Assembly: GCA_951406725.2 (NCBI GenBank)
Contig: OX597830.1
Coordinates: 49,166,001 to 49,230,000, forward strand
Source of the DNA: Octopus vulgaris
Lineage: Eukaryota
Direction of reading: 5' to 3'
DNA: 64,000 nucleotides
In this document: piece by piece, positions 1-14,057 of the stretch
Numbering within the stretch: position 1 is the stretch's first letter
Layout of the letters: each line of letters starts with the position of its first letter
Notes under the pieces: generated by a model
Seen by the model: the letters and a program-made list of their open reading frames with translations, nothing else
The model's database searches: none
Told to the model about the DNA's origin: nothing
Position numbers and translations under genes: made by a program

Positions 1-11
1 ATATAATAATC

Positions 12-77
<66 letters not shown>
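1..77. repeat. (TAA)n microsatellite, followed by short (GAG)n/(GAT)n/(GGT)n runs to ~265
   Basis: Direct reading; explains the poly-L/poly-I/poly-S ORF 10..294. Confidence 0.95.
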
Positions 78-1377
78 TGTGTCTGTCCGCTCTTACAGAA
101 TCTACCACAGCAATTAAGACCAAGAACTCCGAGGAGGAAGAGGAGGAGGAGGTGGAGGAGATGATGATGATGATGATGATTTCAACAGGAAACCTCACAT
201 TGTAATTTACCTCAGTGGTCATAGTACCGATTCTGTAGTGGTGGTGGTGGCGGTCGTCGTCGTCGTCAGTTCCCCTAAGCTTTTCGCTACACATATTCTA
301 CCACAGCTTCTAATTTACACAAATGTACAGAGCAACAAAACGATTGGATATTGTTTGATATTTTAAGCCTATTTGTAACATTACTGATTAGGGAGATTTC
401 TTCCCATATGAAGGTAGCACTATGTAAACGGTTGGTTGCTATTCTTACTGTGTTGTGCAAGTGGTGCGAATGTAAGGTAGAGAATGCAAATGTTACTAAA
501 CTAACTGCAGCGTATATAACTACATTACTCCGCCTCCACAATACTGAACCATATGTTATGTCATTTCATTTTGCAGTGATTGGGAAAGAATAAAAACCTT
601 AAGAGGGCAAAACGAACGATTATAAGTCTCTCCGTTTGACAACTTTATCAATTCTAGATGCCGTTTTCTATTACATCCTACAAGAGGATCTCCGTGCAGC
701 TTTAATACTCGGAATAAAAGCCTGTCTTGATCGCAAGTGTGCATAATATACATATGATTTAATAAAGTGACATTCATAGGAATGTTCCAATGTGCAGGGA
801 CGTGACAGTGTTTGCTACTCCCACGTATGATAGCATTATATGATTATATTAATACTGACACACAAGACAATGTTCCTTCTGATATTTTGCGTTTTGTGTC
901 TCAGATAATAAAGTCCTTAAGATACTATTGATCCTTTAAGGAACTGAATCTAGAGATCTATTGATTCTATACTTATATATTCGGCATTTTGAATATCAAG
1001 TCATTCGAAAATATATATGATGTGCATGAATAAATGCAATATTTGTAGATTATTGAATAAAGTAACGTAATTTCAGACAGAAATATATGAATGATTTCAA
1101 AGCTTAACATGAAAAATACATTGAAAACATTCAAACATTGACATAATAAGACGATAAATATAGATAACTACATAGATAGAGATGATAAACACGATAAAAC
1201 TAGACATAGCTGGAATGTACACAATGAGACAATTATGTGGTTAGGAGAAAATATGGATGTGCAGAGATAGCAACAAAATAAAGAAAATGGAAGAAAACAT
1301 TACTAATTTATGCCTATCACTTGAAGTGTAGATATTTTTCGCCACAAGTGGTTAAGTGCTATCATAATTTAAAGTAG

Positions 1378-1724
1378 TTAAGTATCACCTGTCCAAAGAT
1401 TATGAAGAGCTTGTTTGAACAAACATGTTGTTAACAATGTTCGCAGATGCATTAAGCATACGTATATTCTTATGGTTTTAAAGTCAAATGCATGACTTAA
1501 TGTCGGAAGAAATAGCGTTATACACGTGTCCTTATATTTTGGTTCCATTTGAGTGACACGTGTGGGAGGGTGAGAACGGATAATATGACCGTGAGAAAGA
1601 AAAGAAAATAACATATTTGGTTATCTGGCAGAAAATAGAAACAACGCAAAAACAAGACTTGTAATTTAAAACGATTGAAATGTGAGTTGACAAACGGGCG
1701 ATTCTGTTCTGTGATGCTACTCAA
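1378..1724 (-). mobile_element. Highly degenerate non-LTR retrotransposon RT fragment (CR1/Crack/L2-like)
   Basis: Across frames the minus strand gives FLPDNQ... and ISSDIKS/HAFD, resembling the RT motifs dnQ.GF and I.LDISKAFD; broken by frameshifts. Confidence 0.35.
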
Positions 1725-2178
1725 TTATGTTGTTGAAAAGAGCGAGGCGAAGGTTTGATACCGTCCTACAAATGCGAGATAGAAAAAAAAAGTTTAGAAA
1801 TAGTGGGTTTTGAGTTTCACTTTATCTATTCATATGGCTAAAAGAATACTGCTCTGTGATTGCTAAATAAAACTGATGAAAAACGGTGAACGTCATCTAT
1901 TGCATGGAGGTCTCACGGATATCTATAAACCTTAGAATAAACCAAACGGTAGCAAAAACGGAATGAAGATATAACCATACGAAAAGAAACGTTATATATA
2001 GTGATTCGGTCAAGAGAGCAACAAAAACATAACGAGTGCGCATGGGCAAGATGCGTATTAACATCTGCTTTTCGTTCAAGTGAGTCTCCATAAAGTGAGG
2101 TCGATGCGTACTTTCACACTTAATACAAGTGACTCTGTAGAAGTTTGATGTGTAATAATATTAAGATTTTTACAAGTA

Positions 2179-2394
2179 CAGTAATCTCTCGACTATCGCG
2201 GGTGTTACGCTTCAAAACCCCCTGCGATGAAAAATCCGCGAAGTAGAAACAATACTCTACTGTATATATTTTATTATGTTTATACTTTGTATATATTTAT
2301 CTTACTATAAATGCAAAACAACACCACGAAGGAATCGACGTAAGCTTGAACAATAAACCGCGATCAGTGAACCGTGATATGGCGAGGGATTACG
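2179..2394. mobile_element. Tc1/mariner-superfamily (pogo/Tigger-like) MITE, ~216 bp
   Basis: Left TIR CAGTAATCTCTCG, right TIR CGAGGGATTAC-G, TA on both sides (2177-78, 2395-96), AT-rich non-coding interior. Confidence 0.75.
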
Positions 2395-2613
2395 TATACG
2401 ATTTACGTCCTGAACCAGCACACGCTTGTAGATAAAAACAAAAGGATCTCTTTATCTTTCTATCAACCAAACTATCAGATGTCGCAATGCACCACTGGTC
2501 ATAAGACGCTGCATTCTTCTCTTGAAGGTATTCTTCTCTCCCATTTGAGCCTAAATTGTCTAACTATGTCATCTCTCTATCGTCTTGGAGGTCTTTCGAG
2601 TCTATTGTAGAAG

Positions 2614-2690
2614 TCACTTGCTCAATTGCAACGCAGTGGGACTGAACCCGGAACCATCCGGTTGGTGAATAAGCCTCTTGCTACACAGCT
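2614..2690 (-). mobile_element. SINE family A, 5' head fragment
   Basis: Reverse complement of the head of the copies at 10232 and 54466 (GCTGTG..GGTTCCGGGTTCAGTCCCACTGCGT..GCAAGTG). Confidence 0.7.
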
Positions 2691-2699
2691 CCAAGTGAA

Positions 2700-3130
2700 T
2701 ATTGAGCTTTTTTCTTCTTAGGTTCATCAACGCCATCACTATTTGACTCGCGCTTCGTTTTCGGAACTTTTTGTTGTTAGCGGCTACTGTTGAACTCTGT
2801 GTGTCCTGCTTTATCAGCATGGTTTATAGCTGACCTAAAATTTCTGCCATAAGAGGATATCGTTGCAAATCAGAGGTGTGTTAGTAACTGACAACTGATG
2901 CCGATGCCCCCTTACCTGTGAATGTTTAAGACAACCGTTTTGACACATGCAGTGAAGAGCTTTGGAGAGATTGTCTCCTTGTCTGACTTCCGTCTCGAGT
3001 GGTACTCTTACCAAGGAAGAGAGTAGAGCTAAAGTAATTAGATGAAAAATAGTCTTTATTATGAAAACCAATTGTAGTTGTGTACCTAGATACCTTGTGA
3101 TGCGCAGAGATAACAGCGGTACTTAACAAT
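2700..3130 (-). mobile_element. Degenerate RTE-type reverse transcriptase fragment
   Basis: ORF 2835..3071 contains EVRQGDNLS (GVRQGDxLSP motif); another frame at ~2854-2884 reads LTHL*FA then a frameshift (LRFADD catalytic motif). Confidence 0.6.
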
Positions 3131-3529
3131 AGTATTATATTTTACATTTATATTAAATTTATTACTTTAATTTCGAATAATTACAATTGTTCTCTTTTAT
3201 TGTCTGCGTACCTGCTGAGATGTCGAATTAGATGAACGGAAAAATTTCTTCCCAAGATTATAAACTACTGTAATAACTAGCAGTAATTAAAACCGAAAAC
3301 TAATAGATTTAACATTACAAAATTTGAACAAGACTGAAGAAATATGCCGCAGAAAATAATTGTTAAATGATCATGTTTGTTGAGGTTAGCAGAAAATAAA
3401 TCAATATTCTCAATATGGGAAACTGGAACAAAATCAGATGCACTGAATCGAATTCTGTCGTTTACCATAGCCGCATCTTTCAGTTCAAGGGAGATAAAAT
3501 GACCGATTCTGTTAGGTTGTGCTGCCATA

Positions 3530-3883
3530 ATAATAATAATAATGTTCGTCCTTCGGGTTCGAAGATGACCACTGACATCATCTGGTGGAACTGCCGCCAT
3601 GAGACCGAAGGTGGCTGGTGAGGCCAATCCGGGCAAGGAAGCCCCTCCCACAGGTGGGGCAGAAGTGGGTAGGGGCCGTGCTACTGGTGCAGGCGGCTCT
3701 GGCTTTCCGCATCTGGCGTTTCTGCTCTGCTGACCGAATCCGTCCCTCGTCGGCTGTTCCTGTTCCTGTGGTGATTGCGCTGCGCCAGGATGAGCGGTCG
3801 GCAGCAAGTGTCTCCCAGGTCTCTGTGCCGATGGAGAAGTCTTTGAGAAAGACCTTGAGACTGTCCTTGAAGCGCTTTGCGTT
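3530..3883 (-). mobile_element. 5'-truncated RTE (BovB-like) LINE 3' end with (ATT)n tail and probable 7-bp TSD TGCCATA
   Basis: ORF 3578..3889 reads KRFKDSLK..WETLAADRSSWR..CPTCGRGFLARIGLTSHLRSH, the typical RTE C-terminus with a C2H2-like finger. Tail at 3530-3544; TGCCATA at 3523-3529 and 3884-3890. Confidence 0.85.
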
Positions 3884-4304
3884 TGCCATACTACGTGGTA
3901 ATTAAACAAGACGCGTCCTGTCGCGGCAACGCATACACGAATAGATGGGCAGCGTTGATCTCCACTTTATACTCTTTCACTATTTTACGCTTTTTTCTTC
4001 ATTTCAGTCATTTGACTGCAACCATGCTGGTGGAGGGCAGTTAGAATTTTATTCAGGTAGAGTAGCCCATCCTACACAAAAGGACCCTGAATAAGGGTTG
4101 ATTAATGATGTTGAGTGAAACACCCATGTGTTCAGAGGTGAATAATTCAAACCTGAAAGAATTGTTCTCAACACATGGCTATGATGCTCCCCCACTAATT
4201 CTACTCGTGGTAAGAGAGGCACTTATCAGCAACCGACTCGACTGACTAAGATCAAACAACTGACAAGTCTATGGTACTGAGCAAAATGTTTGTTGTAGCC
4301 CATC

Positions 4305-4306
<2 letters not shown>

Positions 4307-4398
<92 letters not shown>
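4307..4398. repeat. (TTA)n microsatellite at the 3' flank of the R4/Dong element
   Basis: Direct reading. Confidence 0.95.
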
Positions 4399-4401
<3 letters not shown>

Positions 4402-5290
4402 TAGTTTTACTTTTATAGCTTGCTTTCACTTCACTACCGAGCACAGCTCTGTGTGCCTTGGGTATGTGCTGTGATTTGTTGTGATGCTCTGATGGTTATT
4501 GTATGGAAAATGTTCTGCGTAGGATGTGTGCAGTGCCTAGTAGTGCAATTTTCTGTATGTTATATGTGTTTGTAAGTCCTGGTGTTTTTGTTATGTATTT
4601 GTCTGAATATTTTTTTATCATGCCTAATGCACCTATTATGATAGGAATTGTTTCTGTTTTCAGGTTCCACATTCTAGTTATCTCTATTTCCAGGTCTTTG
4701 TATTTTGAGAGTTTCTCCATTTCTTTTAGAGACACGTTGTCATCTGCCGGTATTGATACATCAATTAGAAAGCATTTTTTTCTTCATGATCTCTGACAAC
4801 TATATCTGGTCTGTTGGCCTTAATTTCTCTATCTGTGTGTATCGGCATATCCCAGAGTATGGTTGCTTTCTCGTTTTCTGTGACCTTTTCTGGTGTGTGC
4901 CTATACCATCTTTTTTCTGTTGTTATTCCATAATGTTGGCATAGCTTCCAATGTATGTAGGTTCCAACTCTGTCATGTCTGTGAATATATTCCTTCTTAG
5001 CCAGGACTGGGCAGCTAGAGATAATATGATTTATTGTTTCTTGTCCATCTCCACATATTCTGCAGTTACTTGTAATATTTCTTTTCATTACATGTTTTTG
5101 GTAATTTCTGGTGGGGAGGCTTTGGTCTTGTGCTGCAATTAAAAATCCCTCTGTTTCTGCTTTGAGTCCTGAGCTTCTCAACCATTGCTGGTATTTTTCT
5201 TTGTCTATTTCTTTTGCGTTTAGTTTAGTGCAGTATTTACCATGAAGGGGCTTTTATTGCCATCGTTTTATCATGGCTCGTTGCTGTTCT
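4399..5290 (-). mobile_element. R4/Dong-clade non-LTR retrotransposon, 5'-truncated (~890 bp), restriction-like endonuclease C-terminus, frameshifted
   Basis: Motifs in order: RWQ*KPLHG; LKAETEGFLIAAQDQ; CCHC knuckle CRIC-x8-H-x4-C; RHD; ILWD..NRPDIV (PD-(D/E)xK); 1-nt loss in an A-run at ~4775; then KLSKYKDL..PIIIGALG..IQKIALLGTAHILR. Embedded in (TAA)n on both sides. Confidence 0.92.
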
Positions 5291-5430
<140 letters not shown>

Positions 5431-5432
5431 CA

Positions 5433-5525
5433 GGTGAATAGTTGGCATAAGTGTTAGCGTACCTGACAAAATACTTCGTGGAATTTCTTCCAAGTGTAAG
5501 TTTGGAGTTGGATTCCTGCCGACGC
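5433..5525 (+). mobile_element. SINE family B, degenerate head fragment
   Basis: GGTGAATAGTTGGCA..GTTAGCGTACC..GAGTTGGATTCCTGCCGA resembles the head at 50527/50882. Confidence 0.45.
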
Positions 5526-7564
5526 CAATATTTCTTTCCATCCACCTCTGGGGGAGATAGAATATGGAATAGTATCGACTTCTTCTCTCTTCTCACTATT
5601 GCTGGTCTTGTGCTAAACTTTGGAGCAAATATTATTATTGACTTTCGTATTGTGAAGGTTCTCTCTTGAAACATATTTCATTTCAACCATTAATAAATAA
5701 AATTTTCTTTAGAATACTTGAAAAGCAACTATAATTTTTTAAGGAGGGGTTTCCTTCAATATCCAGTGGTAGACAACTGTAAATAGAATTTTCCATACAC
5801 ATCAAAATTTAAATATAACTCGAATAGTTTGGCAGCTGCTTCTTGGGAAGGAAGTGAGGGTAATGTTAAATGTGTCTGCAGTTGTATATGTGTTTGTGGA
5901 GGAGGGGGAAAGTTGTGTAGGTACAGATTGAAAATAATAGGCCAGAGGATGCATACCTGTGGTACTTCATTAAAGAAATAGCATCTCCTTGAAGTTCTGG
6001 TCTTGTGTACTACACAGGATTGATGATGAGTACATTGATGATTGTAAATTATCTTGATTCTGAATGCGTCTTGTATCAGTAGACAGGGGGAATGTAGTCG
6101 ATGGAAGTTAGAAAGGTATGTCTGGAAGGAATTTTGTTGTTGAAGGAATCGGATCTTTTCTCGGTTGGGATATGAACCGTGTATAGTCCAGTGTGGTGGT
6201 CTGGATCCATGTTGTGATTTTGACAAGAGAAATGAGTGGGCAAGCGATGTCTATGATTCATGTTGCGAAATTTGGGCGAGTATTCCTTGGAAATGATACC
6301 TAATTTGGGGTTGAATTGGGCTTTAACCCACCGTAGATAAACTTATTAGGGAAGCCTCTTGTAAATGTATTGATAATACATTGGCATAATATGTATGATG
6401 TGAAATGGCTGGGTGTTGGTATTGAGCTTCCATTTCATAGATTCTGAGTTTGAATTCACCGAAGATATTTCAATGTTGCTGGGTCGAATACTTCATACCA
6501 GAGCATCTGTTAAAGAAAAAACACTATATCCAAGGTCAAATTTATATATTATCTATTTAGTACAATTGCATCACAGAACCATGGTAGGGTGTGATTTCTA
6601 GCAGGTACAGTGACTGGATAGTGGTTACTGCGTTAACTCTTCTAGAATTAGGCACCGAACATTATCCATTTTATCAATCTGTGTGGGATGAAAAGTTTAC
6701 CCTAGGAGGACTGAATTTAGACGGGCGTTGTAATATTTTCTGATTCTGTATTATTGCAGCTCTACATTTTACTCAACATTGTTCCAGTAAATATTGCAGT
6801 TTCTGACTATTCCAAACTCCTATCACATCTCAGCCTTATTGGCAACATATCGAATGTCTTACAGTCTCATGAACACATTTATCAGTATATCATATAAAGA
6901 TTTTTCTTATTTCAAACATAAAGGAACAAAATAAAAATGTCCGCCATTTTCCTTTCAACTTCCGCTTAAAGATGTTTCCAGTGACTGTTTGAATTAGGCG
7001 TGGAATATAGCCTGTTTCTAAACATAACTCTGAGATTATCCTAAACCAAGATGTACAACGCTTGCAGCGGTATTATTCATAAACAATAACACTTGCAGTG
7101 GATGTGATAACACCCACTACACACGCACACGCACGAACACACACATATTATGTATGTATATGTATCAAGCAACAACGTGTGCTGATGATAGATAAGCGTG
7201 GGTTTGTATGTATATTGTATGAGAAAAATATAATATAACATTAGCATATATCATACATGCACATGAATGCACCTGCTTACATATACACATAACGGACACA
7301 TGCATGTATACAAACACACGCGCATTATATGTGTGTATATAAACGCACATACAATGTACACACACACGTACACATACATTTGAATATACATATAAGGATT
7401 CAAAACCTTTAATCTGAATTAATGTGTGGAGGAATTATAAATGGTACACTGAGCATAAACATTATTAACGAAACATGGAGCTTTTGTTATCAGCAGATGT
7501 GATACTTATACTCTCATTGTAAGCTTCGTTACTACAGTATGTATGAATGTGTTGTGTGAGTGTG

Positions 7565-7700
<136 letters not shown>

Positions 7701-9549
7701 TGTTGTAGTTTGCTTCAAGCACTACCAATTGTGTCGAAAAATGTGTTATACGGGGGCTACAGTGTTACAAATAAAGCATTTAATAGGAAGAAAAAGGAAG
7801 ATGTAGAAATGTTACCTAAAAATATTTTGTCGTTAAAGTTTTGAGTTGAAATTCCTTTACATAAGTTTTACATGTTCTTTCTGCTGGTTTGTCAAATTCT
7901 TCTTCGTAATATGTGAGTTATCGTATGTGTTGGGATGTAGAATTTAGAGATGTTGGGTGGATATTAAGGATTAAAGTAGAATGGAATGTGATACCTCCAG
8001 CCTAAAACTGATAGAAGGAACTAAGTCAAGATTTGGGAAGTATAGTGTTTATAGTATCCGTTGGTACTCACTGAAATCTGATTGTTTTTCTTTAAGTTTC
8101 TGCATATTCCAAATGTTATTCGAAAGAGGATGTGCATGTGTTCAGATGCTTTTTGATTCAGATGGATAGTGATCATTCGTTGCATAGGGGGTAAGCACGG
8201 AAGCAAATGGGTATTTTGCAGAAGAATATTTGACAGACACGCAAAGGTTTTTTTTGTTAAGGAATCAGTTCTTCAAGAAGCATGTCATGAAGGAAGGTCC
8301 TAAGTGGGTCGGCAGTATATCTAGTCCTTTCCTATGGAAAGCCTTGCGAATAGCACAATACATACAGTCGCTGAAGTTTGACAACTTTAAGGAAACTGGT
8401 TGGATGACTTTCGTTTCTTGAGATCGAGGCCCTGAAAGTGAAGTGTAACAGATACTCAGGATTCGTTGGTTTTTGGTAATCTCCGGAGATGTGTATTATG
8501 ACTCGCCCGATCATCTGTTCCACTGCGTCTGTTTTAGATATGGGTGAATAAGATATTTTATGTACTCGGCAATAGCACTGATTGGAAGAACTGATTTCTT
8601 GATTTGTAGCAGAAAACAGATCTCTGCAGGCAATTTTCTTGTGCAAAGTAGTTTTGATATTTCATACTTAAGTTGGAAGGGAAGTTGAGAGAGGAATCTA
8701 GCGTCACAAACAGTTCGATTCTGAATCTTACGTTCGAAATCGCATGCGAGCCAACGATCTATCTTCATGACTGTACTTTATGTCATCTTAGATTCACTGG
8801 AACAAGTATTTTTCATGGGCATGGTATCCGAACAAACACCGAACTGAATTAATGAATCTAAACTACTTTCTCAGCTGGTGATATTTGACAGCCCACCCGA
8901 GTAAACCAGAGTTTTCTGTACGTGCAGTTCGATGATTGTTTGCGTCTGCTGCTGTGGATGGTTTTCTGAGAGAGATGTGTCACTGTTGACATTTGCTTAA
9001 TGGAACTCAATAGGAAAACTGGAAGATTTCTGTTTTCAGAATGGAGAATGACAAGAATGGATAAGCTGCCATCCTTTCTGAAGTCAACCCCGTTTCCTGA
9101 AGGAAAATCATTTTTGATGACGTTAATGATTCACTCAACAGAGATAATGAAAATATGCCGAGGTAAACACGCATACCTGATTTACAGACACACGGATACA
9201 CACATAACGCGTGCGCGTGTCAGTAGATAAGTATAGAAAAGATGCACACAATAGGAATATGAAGAAATTTTCTTTATTACAGATCGGGTTCAATATACAG
9301 CATATAGAATTACCTGATAACCAAAATCTTGGATTGGAGTCTTTTTTACAGCTGACAGCAGCAACAAACATAGCTTTTATTTACAACTTCTCAAAGACAG
9401 CAACAGCCTATTATGCCAAACGAATATACGAATCATACATTGGAAACCATTTTTAAGATGTAATACATATGTATTGGAATACACACACGCACACTCACAC
9501 ATATAGCTGTACACATGTTTATATATATACATAATTCTATGTATGTATG

Positions 9550-9583
<34 letters not shown>

Positions 9584-9972
9584 TGTATGCATGTATGTAT
9601 GTATGTATGTATGTATGTATCTATCTATATATATATCTATCTATCTTTCTGTCTATCAATTAAACAATCAATCAATCAATTAATCAATCAATCAATCCTT
9701 TCTATGCTGATGAGTCACTTCTTCGACACTGAATTTCTCGCTTTTGTATAGTTTTTCGAGCGACCCACAGCTGAAAGAAAGTACCAACACAAAACACTCA
9801 GAGCAGTGAAGGAGCGAACCAACAACTTCGAACTAACAATCCAATTTTATTACAATAATTTAGTACATTCTTTTTGTGAAAAACCCAAAAAGCATGTACC
9901 TGTGTGTGTATAGAGATGCTAGATGTGTATGTGTGGCATGTATGCAAAATTTATCGTGATGGATACTTATAT

Positions 9973-10032
<60 letters not shown>

Positions 10033-10173
10033 TCGCACAAGCATGAGTATATGTCTATTTATATTTTTATTTACTTAACTGTTTAACTCAACTTCGTATA
10101 ACTCAAAGTTTGGAGAGTATCATCACACCTTCACTAAATGTGTTGAGTGTTACTTTTCTTCATTGTTCACTCG

Positions 10174-10231
<58 letters not shown>

Positions 10232-10233
<2 letters not shown>

Positions 10234-10606
10234 CGCAGGAGTGGCTGTATTGTAAGTAGCTTGCTCACCAACCACATGGTCTCGGGTTCAGTCTCACTGC
10301 GTGGCACCATCTGCAAGTGTCTTTTACTATAGATTCGAGCCGGCCAAAGCCTTGTGAGTGGTTTTGGTAGACGGAAACTGTGTGTGTGTGTGTTTGTGTG
10401 TCTGTGTTTGTTCCCACTAACATGGCTTGACAACCGATGCTGGTGCATTTACATCCCCGTAACTTAGTAGTTCGGCAAAATTGACCGGTAGAATAAGTAC
10501 TAGGCTTACATCGAATAAGTCCAGGGGGCGATTTGCTCGACTAAATGCGGTGCTCTAGCATGGCCGCAGTCAAAATAACTGAAACATGTAAGAGAGTAAA
10601 AGAGTA
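10232..10606 (+). mobile_element. tRNA-derived SINE family A, near full length
   Basis: Pol III-like head (GGCTGT..GTAAG, GGGTTCAGTC), a TGCAAGTG segment (TTGGGCAAGTG, CORE-like, in other copies), internal (TG)n, (GAGTAAAA)n tail; about 10 copies in the window. Confidence 0.9.
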
Positions 10607-10618
10607 AAAAAATATATG

Positions 10619-10676
<58 letters not shown>

Positions 10677-11035
10677 TATGTATACTTACAGACACACGTA
10701 CACATATTCATCTGTGTATTTCTATATTAGACATATTAATAGTCTCGACTCAATTTTTCGCTATGTTAAACTATAAATTCATGAAATAAGATACGCTGTT
10801 ATTTACGGTTTTATTTATGTCTGAAGCCAACTATGATTTAATTCAGAAATTTGACAAGATTGAAACGAAAATTATATTACTCGTTTTAACTACAAAATTC
10901 ATTTTTTTCTCCTCAACCGATAAAAAAAAAACATTTTGAGATATACTAGTAAATAAATATTTTTCTTAATCTTACATAAACCGAGGATACACATTGATAA
11001 AAACACGTATACATAAATATATGTATGTATGCATG

Positions 11036-11078
<43 letters not shown>

Positions 11079-11134
11079 AATATGTATGTGTGCGTACGTG
11101 TATGTGTTTGTGTTTGTGTATGTCTGTATTGCAA

Positions 11135-11295
11135 GTTTTTTTCTTTCTCACTCTGTTTATTTTCTCTTATTCCTTTCTGTTGAAGAGCGTAGGCTCGAAA
11201 CGTAAAATACTTTTCCATTTTTCCCAAGCGTCAAACTAATACACTTGCCTGTTGTTTATACACCTCCCTTCGTCTTTTGTTTTTCTATAAATTTC
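11135..11295 (+). mobile_element. Probable Penelope-like pseudo-LTR relic with hammerhead-like core
   Basis: TTGAAGA-GCGTAGGCTC-GAAA-CGTA at 11180-11204 within pyrimidine-rich sequence. Confidence 0.4.
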
Positions 11296-11373
<78 letters not shown>

Positions 11374-11883
11374 GTATATATATATGTATATACATATATA
11401 TATATGTTTGTGTATATGTTTGTGTATATATACAAGTATATATATATATATATTTATGTGTGTGTGTGTATGTATGTATATATGTATGTATGCTCACTGA
11501 TATGTACACATATGAGTGTATATTTCCCAGTCGTTACTGTGTTTCAGAGTCCTCGAATGCTATTGTTAAGGAGAACCGGAAAATCTAGTTTGACGTTTTA
11601 CCACGTGAAAAATGAGAATTCTCTGAATGACAAAATTAACAGTTATAAGGTTCTATAATCTGCAAACTAGAATAATCTTTAACTCGGTCCTGAAACAATA
11701 TATGCAAAACTGGAGTAATAAGGGCAGAAATAGATTTAGCGACTGATTGGAGTAGTCACACGTAATTAAAATTCGACGCAGAGACACAGATATACAGTGT
11801 GATTCTGCTTGTTGAGTGTATATAAGTATGTATGAATGCATTTATGTTTGTATGCACACACATGCACACACACACACACACAC

Positions 11884-11922
<39 letters not shown>

Positions 11923-12174
11923 GACCTGCATAGGTTTGTATAGCATATACAATTTCACGTGCCATATCTATCTATCTATATATCTATCTATATATCTATG
12001 TATCTATCTATCTATCAATCTATCTATCTATCTATCTACCTATCTATCTGTCTATCTTTCTTTCTTTCTGTCTATCTGTCTATATATTTAACTATCTATC
12101 TATATATGCGTATATATATATTACAAATATATATATATATCAATTATATATATATATTATACATTATGTATAAC

Positions 12175-12237
<63 letters not shown>

Positions 12238-12856
12238 TATATACACACGCGTATATGTATATATATGTGTGGTGTGTGCATAAATGTTACAGATATAGAT
12301 AACATTTTATGGTCAGGTACAACTTTACCTAAAATAATACAACAACGGTTTACCAAAATTTAAAAACTCTCATATCTGAAGAGAGTTATAAAAAGCGAGA
12401 CAAACATTGTCCTGTATAAGACTCCAGTCTTTAGCAGATAATTTTCCCAGAAAAGCCTAATATTTGCATTCCTCTTGAACAACTGAGGGAATGCAGAATA
12501 AATATTTATGAAGAATCCCCCAACATATGCGAGATTTGATCTCGCCCTACATGAGTTTGTCGATGAATAACATTACCCATTTAGCCAACACCCCGGTCCA
12601 AAAAAAATGGGTGTTACACCTTTATATATGAAAGATATTTAGAGTTTATTTAGGAAATCTATAATCGTTCTTGTTGCTACGACATATAAAAGTGTCGCAT
12701 GAGGCATTTAACTACGCAGTCTAGAAATGGTTCTACAAGAAGTACTTCACACAAACACATGTATATATCTACATATACACACATGTATAAATCTATGCAT
12801 ACACACATCTATATATCTGTATATACACATTGGTATATATAACTACACTCAAACAC

Positions 12857-12912
<56 letters not shown>

Positions 12913-13917
12913 ATATATATATATATAGGTAAGCATTCACACTCACCTAAACAACACCCTGCATTAAATCTTTTCTGACATGTCTAACGTATGTTCCATT
13001 AGAGAAATAACAAGAATGCACACACACACATACACACACACGCACACACACACACACACACACACACGCACATACCACACAAGCACAAATAAACTATGTC
13101 ACAAACACATATAAATAGATTATGCAACACACAGTCATGAAAAAAAATTCTGTTTGCATTTGTTTTTGATTGAAAAGATAAACACAATTTAAATTCTGCT
13201 TGCAACAAGACAAAAAATGCATTCATTCCAAAATTAATAAATATAAAATAATAAATAAGTACATAATAATCAGTAAATATATATAAAGTAAATAATTGTA
13301 TAAATAATATATAAGTATGTATATATATATAATAAAATAAATATGTACAATTAAATACAATACGAATACTGAGACATTTATATATACCGTGTATATTATC
13401 ATGTTATAAGTGAAATGATATCGTGATACATATAATTTGAAATGTCATTTAGGTTAAGAAGCTGTACAACGAAAGAGCACAAGAAGACAACAGCAACGTC
13501 TATTTAGCAAGGCTGCTGATGAAGAGGTGTGCATATGGCCTCTAAGCCTCTAAATCACGTCATAAGTTTCCATTTTGTTGTCAACAGTCTATTGTATAAA
13601 GCTTTAGATGTTGAAAATCTACAGGAAGCTTTAAAACTTTACGCAGAATATATTTGCGAAAAGAAAATAAACAATTTTCTCTGAAAGCCAAGAATGTAGA
13701 CTTCACAATCAATAAATAGTCAATAAATAGAAAATAATGAAACGGGAACAGAGAAATATAAAACATCTAAAGAACTAATGCAAAACAGTAATTTAACATG
13801 AGTATCTTAGAACTGATATTTTGGAATAGTATTATATAATGATTCATCTTGACGGAAAGGAAAATTTGAGCAGGCATTATGTGTATATATATATATGTGT
13901 ATATGTGTATATATATA

Positions 13918-14057
<140 letters not shown>

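Noticed and set aside
3277-3909. 210-aa minus ORF, the longest in the track
   Set aside because: Alternative frame across the GC-rich RTE fragment, its tail and flank; the meaningful frame is 3578..3889.
4030-4306. Probable 3' end of another interspersed repeat before the (TTA)n tract
   Set aside because: Single copy in the window with no coding motif; it cannot be classified from the sequence alone.
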